64,000 nucleotides of DNA from Patescibacteria group bacterium. Its GTDB lineage: Bacteria; Patescibacteriota; Patescibacteriia; UBA2591; JAQUPP01. The stretch spans positions 19,249 through 83,248 of the forward strand of contig JAQUOF010000002.1 in the NCBI GenBank assembly GCA_028717225.1, in the 5' to 3' direction. Of this stretch, positions 47,601 to 55,636 are shown piece by piece (within the stretch, counting starts at the first letter, position 1; every line of letters begins with the position of its first letter). A program made the translations under genes and the position numbers. The notes under the pieces are model-generated. The model was not told the DNA's origin. It was given only the letters and a program-made list of their open reading frames with translations, and did no database searches.

Positions 47601-50600
47601 AGCAATATTTAAATGATGCACTGATTCAAAATCAGAATCCCAAACATTGGTCGGATCTTCTCCATTAGCCGTGTCCGTGGTTCGGTAATAAATAAAAAAT
47701 CTGTTATCATCGCTGATCGCGGTTCTAACATTTGGAATTTTTACCCAGACTTCCCCTGTGTCCGCGGTCTGATTAAATGATTCTCTTTCATATTTTAAAA
47801 GAGTTGTCCCGTCAAATTGAGTAAACCTGATGTCATATCCGTTTGCGTTAAAATTTGACAAATCAATTCCCGGAAAACTGGCCAAACTTACCCGAACAGG
47901 AAAATCAACCAAATCAGAAGTTATTTTACTGTTATCAATAGTCAGCATTCGCCGAGTCGTGTATGTCAAACCGTCAACAGTCCAACTTCCGTTTTCTCCT
48001 CCATCATCATTTCTCCAGCGAAAATGAGTTTCGTCAACATTCGGAGGAGTATAAATAGTTGCCTCCGCATATTTTGTGTAAGTAAAATTTGTGGCGGTTC
48101 CGCCATTGGTTAAACGAAAACAATAAGTTCCTCCGGCCGTGGCCGCAGTCAAAGCTTTGATTGAATATTCAATTTCCGCGAATTCCGTACTGGCCAAAGT
48201 AATGCCGGCCGTAGTGCTTGACGTATCTTTTTGGGCAGCATTGGTAGTTTTGAAAGTTGTATTTTCGTCTGTCACCTTACCATTGGCAAAATTGGCTACA
48301 TTGGTCGTATCATTACCGTCGGTCAAATTTGATGAATCAGACATATCCCAATCGCCATTTGCCGCGCCAACATCAGTCCAAGAAACAATAGCTCCGCAAG
48401 TGGTAGATTTTGCTCCATACTCAAGACGATAAGTGATTGCCGCAGATGAACAAGTGCCTTCATTGGAAGCTTCTATTCTAACTCTTGCAGTTGTATTTTT
48501 TGCCAAACTGCTGAGCACAGTGTCTTCCGTACTGCCGGTGGCTGAAGTCGCGGCTGATTCCGAGCCATCATCATTTCTCCAATGATAATGTATTTGCTCA
48601 ATAGTTGGAGAACTATAAACAGTCGCTTCGGGATATGTTGTATAAGTAAAATTTGTAGTAGAACCGGCATTGGTTAAACGGAAACAATAAGTTCCTCCGT
48701 CCGTCGCGGCAGGAAGAGCTTGGATTGAATATTCAATTTCAACAAAATCAGTAGCAGCCAAAGTAATACCGGCTGTAGTGCTTGACGTATCTTTTTGGGC
48801 GGCATTGGGAGTCTCAAAATTGGTATTTTCATCTGTCACTTTACCATTGGCAAAATTAGCAACATTGGTTGTGTCATTTCCATCAGTTAAATTTGATGAA
48901 TTAGACATATCCCAATCGCCATCTGCTGCGCCAACGTCAGTCCAACTGGAAATAGCCGCACAAGTGGTAGATTTTGCTCCATATTCAAGACGATAAGTGA
49001 CCGCGCCTGATGCACTGGCACCTTCATTGGAAATTTCTACTCTGATTCTTTTAGTTGTGCTTTCCGGCAAGCAACCAAGGGTTGTATCTTCAGTATTGCT
49101 GGTGGCTGAAGTCGCGGCTGATTCCGAACCGTCATCATTTCTCCAGTGATAATGAATTTGCGTAAGATTTTCAGCCGGCGGCGCGATATCGGCAACCGTT
49201 TCTCCAAAAAGATCATCATCGTCATCATCATACCAAACCACATATAATCTTTCCGTACTTAATAAATTACCGCGCATATATCTGTAATCATCTGCTCCGG
49301 AATCTATGGCAGATGATTCAGCGCTCCAATTAGTACCGCTGTCAGTAGAACTTTTATAATACACATTTACTGACGATCCTAGTGTTCCTCCTTTCACGTA
49401 AGCCACATAAACATTACCGGTATTTTCATCAATTAAAGTTACGGGGGCAGCAGTAACATCACTGTTTGTTATAACATCTGTTTTCGCAGTCCAACTTCGC
49501 GTACTGTCGGAAAATGTATAAAATTTTATATCATTCGTACTGAAACCGGTATAATTAGAAAAGGCTAAATAAACATTGCCGGTAGATTTTTTTATAGAAG
49601 CTGAAAACCATCCGTAACCGGGCTTACTATTATCATTCATCGCGCCAACAGTAGTCCAGCTTGTCGCCCATGTATCAGTTGATTCGGCATAAACCAAAGA
49701 GTAAACATTATGGTTGGTTGGATCCGCTTTAATGGCAATAATGTCATTATTAGTCAATAAAGGAAGTATTTGAATCTGATCTCCCGACACAGTACTCCAG
49801 GCCGCCGGCGACGTTGTAGTCCATGTAGCTCCATTGCCATCGGTTGATTTAAATATTTGACCACCGGTCGGCGTACTCGCTGATTGAAAACCGGCAAAAA
49901 GATAACCGCTTCCGCCTTTGGTAATATATGGCGCAGGGTTGGTAACCTCAGTAAAAGTTGTGGCTGTACAAATTGTCACTAAACCCAGGGAACGCAGAGT
50001 GTCACCATTGGTATCCAAATATGTATACCAAAGATCACTTCCTGTGTCTTCGGCAGCGGCAATATGAATTTTTGTCCCGCTGGTATCGCCCGGCGTCCAT
50101 TGATCGTACCAAACCGAAGCAACTGTCCAATTTTTACTTGTATCAATAACCACAGGATTGCCCCAAGTTGCGCCCTTGTCAGTAGTTTTTTTATAAGCCA
50201 AATCTTGCGAAGTGAGATCCATAAAAAAAACATAACCAACTGTGTCACTGATAAAAACTACAGCCGGTGAAGGACCTGCTTCATCAGTACCATCAACTAT
50301 ATCTGAATCAATCGTAGCCGCGGCATCAGACGCGATTTGCCAATCTCGCGCTTCTTCAAATTGGCCGATTTGCAACGGTCCCAATAAAAATATATAAGGG
50401 CTGACATCCGGCGCGTCAAATTCATATTTCAATTCATAACTCTCCCCTGCTTTCCAATCAGCGTTCCAAAAAATTTCTTTCGTATTCGGATCATTTGAAT
50501 TTCTGATTTCTGATTCGGAATTTATAATTTGGAAAGAGTCCGGAATTTTTTCTACAATTTCTCCGTTAAAATCCTGGTTTGCTTTTATTTTCAATTTCAT

Positions 50601-52136
50601 CTCGTAATTCGCCAGCGGATAAATTCTGGTCGGTCCGATTCTTTCAATTTCAAAAGACACGGAATCGCGGACTTCAAAAGAGTCGGTTATTTCATAACCA
50701 TTATCAAGATTGGTGAGAGTTATCGCGTAAGTCCCCGCTTCTCCTGTCGGATAATAAGCAAAATAATCCGGCACATCAATCACGTTGTCCGGTCCGCATT
50801 GGCCGCTGTATTGAATTGTTCCGTCTCCGGTTGATAATTCCGCTGAAATTTTTGATTTTTTATTTTCAATTTTTAATTTAAGATTCGCGTCGCAGATTGT
50901 GTGCCCGTTATCTTTCAAAACCGCCATTTGCAAATAGGCTGTTTCATTGGGCAAATAAATTGATTTGTTGGTATTTAATGTCAAAACGCCCCAAGTAAAT
51001 TCTTGAATTGTTTCTTTATCGCCTTGTTTGATTTTTAATTTATAGAGACCGGGCTTGAAACTTCTCTTATCGCCGGAACGCGAAATTTTTACTCTATTGC
51101 CTTGATTAATCAATCCGTCCTTGCTTTCCTTGCCCATCGGATCAACTAAAACAAAATCTTTTTTCTCTTTCTTGAAAAAGTTTTTTATTTTCGCGAATAA
51201 ACTTTCCGTTAATTCAAAAGTCGGTTCTTCGTTGTTTTTAAAATTCTTTATTTCTTTAATCGGTTCTTGCTGTTCTAAAACTTTTTCCGGCTGTTCTGTG
51301 GTTGTTATTTCCAGCCAAGCCGCGTCCAGATACACTGACGATAATTCAGAATTTGAAGAATAAGTGAATCTGAATTTCAAATTTTCCAAATTGTCCCAAT
51401 TTTTAAAAATCGGCAAAGCGTCAAGAAAATAACCGCCGTTTAAATTATTGGAAATTTCGTCTTTCAAATCAAATTCATTTAATTTTTGCCAAGTATTATT
51501 AAAATAATATTCAATTTGCAGCTTGTCTCCTTCTTGTCCTTTACCGGCCAAAGACATTCTCAATTGGACATTCTCAATTTTATTTTCTTTGAAACTCTCT
51601 GAAACTGAAAAATTTGAAATTTCTAAAATTTTCTCAACAGTCTGCGGCTGTATCGGCGCTTCTATCAACGGCTCAGAAATTGGCGGCTCTACGGTTGGCG
51701 CTTCAATTATTGGCTCAATTTCCGGCGCTTGCTCAATTGGATTATTAATATCCGGTGGAGTTGAGGTTGAATTTTCAGCAGTAATTTCTTCGGCTTGCGC
51801 CACGCTGTTTTTAAATAAATCCTTTATCTTATTTAAAATTACGATTAAAAATTGTTTCGGATTTCTAATTTCGGATTTTGAAATTTCCGTCTGAACGGAC
51901 GAGAGATAAGCCGAATTTTCTTGATTAAATTCTTCAAAAGCCGCATTTTGCGTTAAATCCTGAGTTAAAACCGCTTGCGGATTCTGCCAGTCGCCCGAGA
52001 AAGCAGTGGGAAAAATTTTTATTTCATTTGTTTCCGCCGCTTTGGTTAATGGACTGTAAAATAAAAAACAAACCATGCCGATTAAAAACAAAGCAGTGGT
52101 TAAAATAAAAACAATTGATGATTTGGAATATCTCAT
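44664..52136 (-). CDS. Giant secreted surface protein (2490 aa) with BNR/Asp-box repeats, LamG-like lectin domains and internal ~213-aa tandem repeats
   Basis: N-terminal TM/signal. There are at least 5 SxDxGxTW Asp-boxes (YKKTTDKGATW, FKSTDGNGATW, YKSSTDSGTNW, WKRSTDNGLTW, YKSTDAGANF). A LamG_3-like block is VKTVSFWIY...IDEVRLS. The IHYHWRNDDGSE repeats are listed separately below. Confidence 0.7.
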   Translation of the reverse strand: MRYSKSSIVFILTTALFLIGMVCFLFYSPLTKAAETNEIKIFPTAFSGDWQNPQAVLTQDLTQNAAFEEFNQENSAYLSSVQTEISKSEIRNPKQFLIVILNKIKDLFKNSVAQAEEITAENSTSTPPDINNPIEQAPEIEPIIEAPTVEPPISEPLIEAPIQPQTVEKILEISNFSVSESFKENKIENVQLRMSLAGKGQEGDKLQIEYYFNNTWQKLNEFDLKDEISNNLNGGYFLDALPIFKNWDNLENLKFRFTYSSNSELSSVYLDAAWLEITTTEQPEKVLEQQEPIKEIKNFKNNEEPTFELTESLFAKIKNFFKKEKKDFVLVDPMGKESKDGLINQGNRVKISRSGDKRSFKPGLYKLKIKQGDKETIQEFTWGVLTLNTNKSIYLPNETAYLQMAVLKDNGHTICDANLKLKIENKKSKISAELSTGDGTIQYSGQCGPDNVIDVPDYFAYYPTGEAGTYAITLTNLDNGYEITDSFEVRDSVSFEIERIGPTRIYPLANYEMKLKIKANQDFNGEIVEKIPDSFQIINSESEIRNSNDPNTKEIFWNADWKAGESYELKYEFDAPDVSPYIFLLGPLQIGQFEEARDWQIASDAAATIDSDIVDGTDEAGPSPAVVFISDTVGYVFFMDLTSQDLAYKKTTDKGATWGNPVVIDTSKNWTVASVWYDQWTPGDTSGTKIHIAAAEDTGSDLWYTYLDTNGDTLRSLGLVTICTATTFTEVTNPAPYITKGGSGYLFAGFQSASTPTGGQIFKSTDGNGATWTTTSPAAWSTVSGDQIQILPLLTNNDIIAIKADPTNHNVYSLVYAESTDTWATSWTTVGAMNDNSKPGYGWFSASIKKSTGNVYLAFSNYTGFSTNDIKFYTFSDSTRSWTAKTDVITNSDVTAAPVTLIDENTGNVYVAYVKGGTLGSSVNVYYKSSTDSGTNWSAESSAIDSGADDYRYMRGNLLSTERLYVVWYDDDDDDLFGETVADIAPPAENLTQIHYHWRNDDGSESAATSATSNTEDTTLGCLPESTTKRIRVEISNEGASASGAVTYRLEYGAKSTTCAAISSWTDVGAADGDWDMSNSSNLTDGNDTTNVANFANGKVTDENTNFETPNAAQKDTSSTTAGITLAATDFVEIEYSIQALPAATDGGTYCFRLTNAGSTTNFTYTTYPEATVYSSPTIEQIHYHWRNDDGSESAATSATGSTEDTVLSSLAKNTTARVRIEASNEGTCSSAAITYRLEYGAKSTTCGAIVSWTDVGAANGDWDMSDSSNLTDGNDTTNVANFANGKVTDENTTFKTTNAAQKDTSSTTAGITLASTEFAEIEYSIKALTAATAGGTYCFRLTNGGTATNFTYTKYAEATIYTPPNVDETHFRWRNDDGGENGSWTVDGLTYTTRRMLTIDNSKITSDLVDFPVRVSLASFPGIDLSNFNANGYDIRFTQFDGTTLLKYERESFNQTADTGEVWVKIPNVRTAISDDNRFFIYYRTTDTANGEDPTNVWDSDFESVHHLNIASQGTVVSADTTHVSDTFSRTLVRTDDDSQTLHLFYAKAGTSDRTLWWKRSTDNGLTWTDETQIGSTPGKGNLPTVDVDPNGKDIHLIYSDSNDLKHWIFYRKLTWNGTSWDVGSEETVHEGATGTNGVSDASMAVDSAGVVHVTWVFFNNSTTYNVYYENNSAGNWSASPTTLATDDAWTMPVIQVDSSRNVHIVAAIAGKIEYQKATYSAGPTWTWAGSWTDISGGTYSDVWSHVISSMDASNRLHVAWGGYGPTYRPLKYARKNADDTWESTITLDAGNNHCYASIVAYGDVVYVTAMYNSGTGQTVYYKSTDAGANFGSRMAISDTTSTNLAFRSRISKYAIKPVLEGAWRTGSSSPYSMKYILIDELDSTTHNIDGGCINGVTGGAVGQINGADSFDGSNDYIDIGTGPSTVKTVSFWIYPETTTEYFINLTSTTKYIWVSGGTVTVTGFTGTPTIYVNGVVTSTLAADAWQYVTVTTGTAENASNFDIGRTADTNYLEGKIDEVRLSQTARSTAWITADYNSTNNSLLTYGSEETGSGTAATWKAAEDATTSQPLSTNIRLRFSFKNTTATASGYNYRLQYAVQTGGSCGDETYTDVPVAGSCGSEAACMSASTYFVDQAAATRQLSIPSNYAFVAGKIIENASNQTNSITLTASQFTEAEYSFQFTANALDSTVYCFKARNATSELDSYTKIADITAGGGQAPTVSDVQLNGQVAIDLIENTTKSVSATADVSDPDGCDTITGVTAKIYRSGVTSAQACSANDNNCYSVASCTETSCSGTDAVYTCTISMQFFADPTDTGTPWVSQYWRAFIEATDEDDSTGSGYSAADAPDVNSLLALDVTSPINYGSLGAGAKNDPLDKTTTVTATGNVSLDINLYGVNMTSGGNSIAVGKQKYALATSTAYASGTSLLVDPGAHADLNCCKTFSSGSKATKDVWWGLEVPSPQAVGSYTGSITFSAAKNEWSISGDWCE
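47860..49140. repeat. Internal tandem DNA repeat of ~639 bp (2 full copies plus a partial) inside the giant gene
   Basis: Protein repeats start at IHYHWRNDDGSE near residues ~1000 and ~1213, with a partial HFRWRNDDGGE at ~1425. The plus-strand shadow ORFs 48139-48432 and 48778-48996 are near-identical and offset by 639 bp. Confidence 0.7.
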
Positions 52137-52142
52137 AAAAAC

Positions 52143-53720
52143 TTATTTTTGATTTATTTTCCTTATCCTGGAGTCTCTGTTTTTTTTCTTTAAAAAACCC
52201 TTAATCAGAGTATCGTATTTCTTGAATTTCCTTTTGAAAAACATCAAAAGAGCAATCAAGATAACAATAATCGCCAAAAGGAAAAATATAATAAAGATTA
52301 CGGCGCCGGAAGGTATAATATGACTAAAAAATTCAATGCCGGTTTTTATTACTTTTAAGCGGACTTTTTTTGAAGGAGAACTGACTTGCTCCGGAGAATG
52401 AGCGGTCGCGAAAACAAGATACTCGCCCGGAGGCAGTTGCTCTTTATAAATAACAGCCCAGCTGCCTTGTCTGTCGGTTTGCGTTGTTTCCTTAAATTCC
52501 TGAATGCCTTCTTGTTGAACAATGGAAACGATAATATCTGAAAGCGGAGCGGCTTCGCCTCTAACAATTAATGGAGTGGATATGGTGGCTGATAAAACTT
52601 CTCTTGTGCAATGATTGATTGTCGGAGTTGGAAAAAGAATAATTTTAAAACTTTCAGATTTTTCCGAAAAATTTCCCGCTTGATCATAAGCTCTTATTGA
52701 TAAAATATGATCGCCCGGATTTGTTTTTGGTATTTTAAATTCAGTTTTTTCAACTTTAATAAAATCTCCTTGATCTATTTTTTCTTCAAAATAGGCCAAA
52801 CCTGAAACAGAATCGCTGGCTGATACATTAATCAATGGCGTAGTGGTATATACATCTTCATTTTTGGAAAAAATAATTTTTAAATCTTGGGGCGATTGAG
52901 AATCAATTTGTATTTTAAAATGAGATATTGCCGACCACCCGGTCGCGGTGCGCGCCTTAAGATGAAAATACCAAATTCCATCTTTCACGTCCGAATAAGA
53001 AATATTATTATCCAATCCCTCACCGGCATTATCCGGAATTGTTTTTTCCTTTTGATCAAAAATAAAACTGAAATTGGAAATACTGGAATTCCATGGCCAA
53101 GAAATCATTGGATTTTTGTTTGAATACCATTTTTGCTGATCCGGATGAGTTGAAGAAGAAATCTTTAATTGAGAAGGAATAATTTCAGGTTTAGGTTCGA
53201 TCGGAGTCGGTTTTGGCAAACCTGTTTCAAAACACGTAAGACTGGCTTGTCCTTTGGAACTTAAAATGTTAGTGCCTAAGCCGTCATTGGCTAAAACTTG
53301 AGCCCCGGAAATTTTTACCCAAGCCGTTCCGCTTGCCTTGGCTTTAAAATTAATAATCAAAATTTTGCCCTCGCCCGTAAAACCCGGATTCGGTATGCCT
53401 CCGGAAAAAGAAATACTTCCATCTTTTTGAGAATAACTTGGTTCATTAAACCATAAATTAATAATTGATCCTGATTTTGAAAAACTGGAAAATTCCAAAG
53501 TATTATTTGAAAAAGAAAGTGTGGATTCCACTAAATTTATCGGAGCACCGGCGTTAACGATAAAACGAATCTGAACGATTTTGTCCACTTCAATTGAACT
53601 TGTTGCCGGGAGAAAATAAAGAGAGGCGGAAGGTTTGGTTTCAGCCTGCGCGAAAAAAGGAATAAAAAACGAGAAAATAAGAAATGATAAAAATATAGTA
53701 TTGAATATTTTTATTTTCAT
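52143..53720 (-). CDS. Secreted cohesin-like domain protein with a C-terminal TM anchor (525 aa), paralogous in architecture to 39610-40596
   Basis: Signal peptide. LYFLPATSSIEVDKIVQIRFIVNAGAPINLVESTLSF is cohesin-like. The AGN motif is IRAYDQAGN. C-terminal TM plus KRKFKKYD. Confidence 0.5.
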   Translation of the reverse strand: MKIKIFNTIFLSFLIFSFFIPFFAQAETKPSASLYFLPATSSIEVDKIVQIRFIVNAGAPINLVESTLSFSNNTLEFSSFSKSGSIINLWFNEPSYSQKDGSISFSGGIPNPGFTGEGKILIINFKAKASGTAWVKISGAQVLANDGLGTNILSSKGQASLTCFETGLPKPTPIEPKPEIIPSQLKISSSTHPDQQKWYSNKNPMISWPWNSSISNFSFIFDQKEKTIPDNAGEGLDNNISYSDVKDGIWYFHLKARTATGWSAISHFKIQIDSQSPQDLKIIFSKNEDVYTTTPLINVSASDSVSGLAYFEEKIDQGDFIKVEKTEFKIPKTNPGDHILSIRAYDQAGNFSEKSESFKIILFPTPTINHCTREVLSATISTPLIVRGEAAPLSDIIVSIVQQEGIQEFKETTQTDRQGSWAVIYKEQLPPGEYLVFATAHSPEQVSSPSKKVRLKVIKTGIEFFSHIIPSGAVIFIIFFLLAIIVILIALLMFFKRKFKKYDTLIKGFLKKKNRDSRIRKINQK

Positions 53721-53737
53721 TTTTTCTATGTATTTAC

Positions 53738-55165
53738 TTATTTACTTATTAACTTTTCTATTGTCTTGGCTATTTCCAAAATTTTATTTTCTTCAAAATA
53801 ATTTCCGATAATCTGCAAGCCAAAAGGCAATTTGTCTATTTTACCAACCGGCATAGACAAAGCCGGTAAACCTGCCAAATTAACCGGTACGGTGTAAATA
53901 TCAGACAAATACATATTTAACGGATCGTCAATTTTTTCACCGATTTTAAAAGCAGTGGTCGGTGTGGTCGGAGTCAGCAAACAATCAACTTTTTTAAAAG
54001 CTTCTTGAAAATCATTTTTTATCAATGTCCGTACTTTTTGAGCTTTTAAATAATAAGCTTCGTAATAACCCTTGGAAAGAATATATGTTCCTAAAATAAT
54101 TCTTCTTTTTGATTCATCGCCAAATCCCTGAGTTCGAGAATTTAAATAAACATCAAGCAAATTTTTTCCTTCTTGAATTGAATAACCGTATCTTATGCCG
54201 TCATAACGGCTTAAATTCGCCGAAACTTCGGCCGGCATAATAATATAATAACAAGCCAAAGCTTCTTTTGTGTGCGGCAAACTGACTTCTTTTATTTCCG
54301 CGCCTTCATCTTTTAATTTTTTAATCAGATGATCAATATTTTTTTTAATTTGCGAATCCAATCCTTTAATGAAATATTCTTTGGGGATACCGATCCGTAA
54401 ATTTTCAATTTTCAATTTTAAATTTTCAATTTTGGGTGTTTCCACACTGGTTGAATCAAAATTATCTTTGCCTTCAATTGCGTCAAGTAAAACAGCCACG
54501 TCATCAACCGAATTACCGATTGGTCCGATTTGATCAAGCGAAGAAGCCATGGCCATTAAACCAAAACGGGAAACTTTTCCATAAGTCGGTTTTAATCCGA
54601 CCACGCCGCAAAAACTGGCCGGCTGTCGAATAGAACCGCCGGTATCAGAACCAAGCGCGCCTAAACACATTTTTGCCGTTACGGCCGCAGCCGAACCGCC
54701 CGAAGAACCACCGGGAACTCTTTCCAAATCTCGAGGATTTTTAGTCGGACCGAAAAATGAATTTTCCGTGGAAGAACCCATGGCAAATTCGTCCAAATTT
54801 GTTTTGCCGACAAAAATCGCCCCGGCATCTTTTAATTTTTTAATCACTGTGGCGTCATAAGGAGAGCAATATTCAGAAAGTATTTTGGAACCGGCTGTGG
54901 CGCGAACATCTTGAATTAAAATATTATCTTTGATTGCCAAAGGAATGCCGGTTAAAAAATTATTCAAACCATTGGAAGCGATTTGCTTATCTATTGTTTT
55001 AGCTCTCTCTATCGCCTCTTTTTCTAAAACAGTAATAAAAGCATTAATTTTTTTATCTTGTTTTTTAATTTCATCAAGACAAGAGCGAACCAAATCTTCT
55101 GAAGAAAATTCTTTTTTCTTCAGACCCTGATGCGCTTCTAAAATTGTTAAATTATTTAAAATCAT
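53738..55165 (-). CDS. gatA: Glutamyl/aspartyl-tRNA amidotransferase subunit A
   Basis: Amidase signature GGSSGGSAAAV. Full-length and GatA-like. Confidence 0.9.
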   Translation of the reverse strand: MILNNLTILEAHQGLKKKEFSSEDLVRSCLDEIKKQDKKINAFITVLEKEAIERAKTIDKQIASNGLNNFLTGIPLAIKDNILIQDVRATAGSKILSEYCSPYDATVIKKLKDAGAIFVGKTNLDEFAMGSSTENSFFGPTKNPRDLERVPGGSSGGSAAAVTAKMCLGALGSDTGGSIRQPASFCGVVGLKPTYGKVSRFGLMAMASSLDQIGPIGNSVDDVAVLLDAIEGKDNFDSTSVETPKIENLKLKIENLRIGIPKEYFIKGLDSQIKKNIDHLIKKLKDEGAEIKEVSLPHTKEALACYYIIMPAEVSANLSRYDGIRYGYSIQEGKNLLDVYLNSRTQGFGDESKRRIILGTYILSKGYYEAYYLKAQKVRTLIKNDFQEAFKKVDCLLTPTTPTTAFKIGEKIDDPLNMYLSDIYTVPVNLAGLPALSMPVGKIDKLPFGLQIIGNYFEENKILEIAKTIEKLISK

Positions 55166-55340
55166 AGATTAGCTTTTTAGGAATTACCTGCCCGCCATAT
55201 GCCTAATGTCATATTTAGGTTTAATAAATAGAGTTATAAAATTAATTTATGTTCTAAATTGATTAATTTTGACAGGCCTTGGCAGGCGGGGCTTTTTAGC
55301 TTCTTAGCCCTAAAAAGCTAAAAAGCTACAAGCTAAGAAG
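55166..55340. repeat. Intergenic repeat family 1, full form (~175 bp). It fills the whole gatC-gatA spacer.
   Basis: It is ~92% identical to 30286-30483 and includes the 115-bp central insert. Confidence 0.8.
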
Positions 55341-55634
55341 CTATTTATTAAATATCCCTTTTACTTTTATTAAATTATTTTCAACTTTTGGCGCGGTTTT
55401 TAATAATCTTTTTATCATTTCTTTATCCGCCAAACTTGCTTCGTCATTGCGAAAAATATTTTTCAGATTGGTCCCACCGGTACAAGGCAAGACATCTTTT
55501 GTATTTATTTTTTTAAGCTGTCCGACATAATCCAAAATATCAGAAAGTTGTTTCTGATATTTTTTTATTTCCTTTTCCGTTAATTTCAATCTGGACAAAT
55601 CCGCCAAATGTTGTATTTCTTTTTTTGAAATCAT
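55341..55634 (-). CDS. gatC: Glutamyl/aspartyl-tRNA amidotransferase subunit C
   Basis: 97 aa. ISKKEIQHLADLSRLKLTEKEI is GatC-like. It lies upstream of gatA. Confidence 0.8.
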   Translation of the reverse strand: MISKKEIQHLADLSRLKLTEKEIKKYQKQLSDILDYVGQLKKINTKDVLPCTGGTNLKNIFRNDEASLADKEMIKRLLKTAPKVENNLIKVKGIFNK

Positions 55635-55636
55635 AA

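Noticed and set aside
48139-48996. Plus-strand ORFs of 97 aa and 72 aa with near-identical sequences.
   Set aside because: They are antisense shadows of the 639-bp internal tandem repeat of the giant minus-strand gene, not independent genes.
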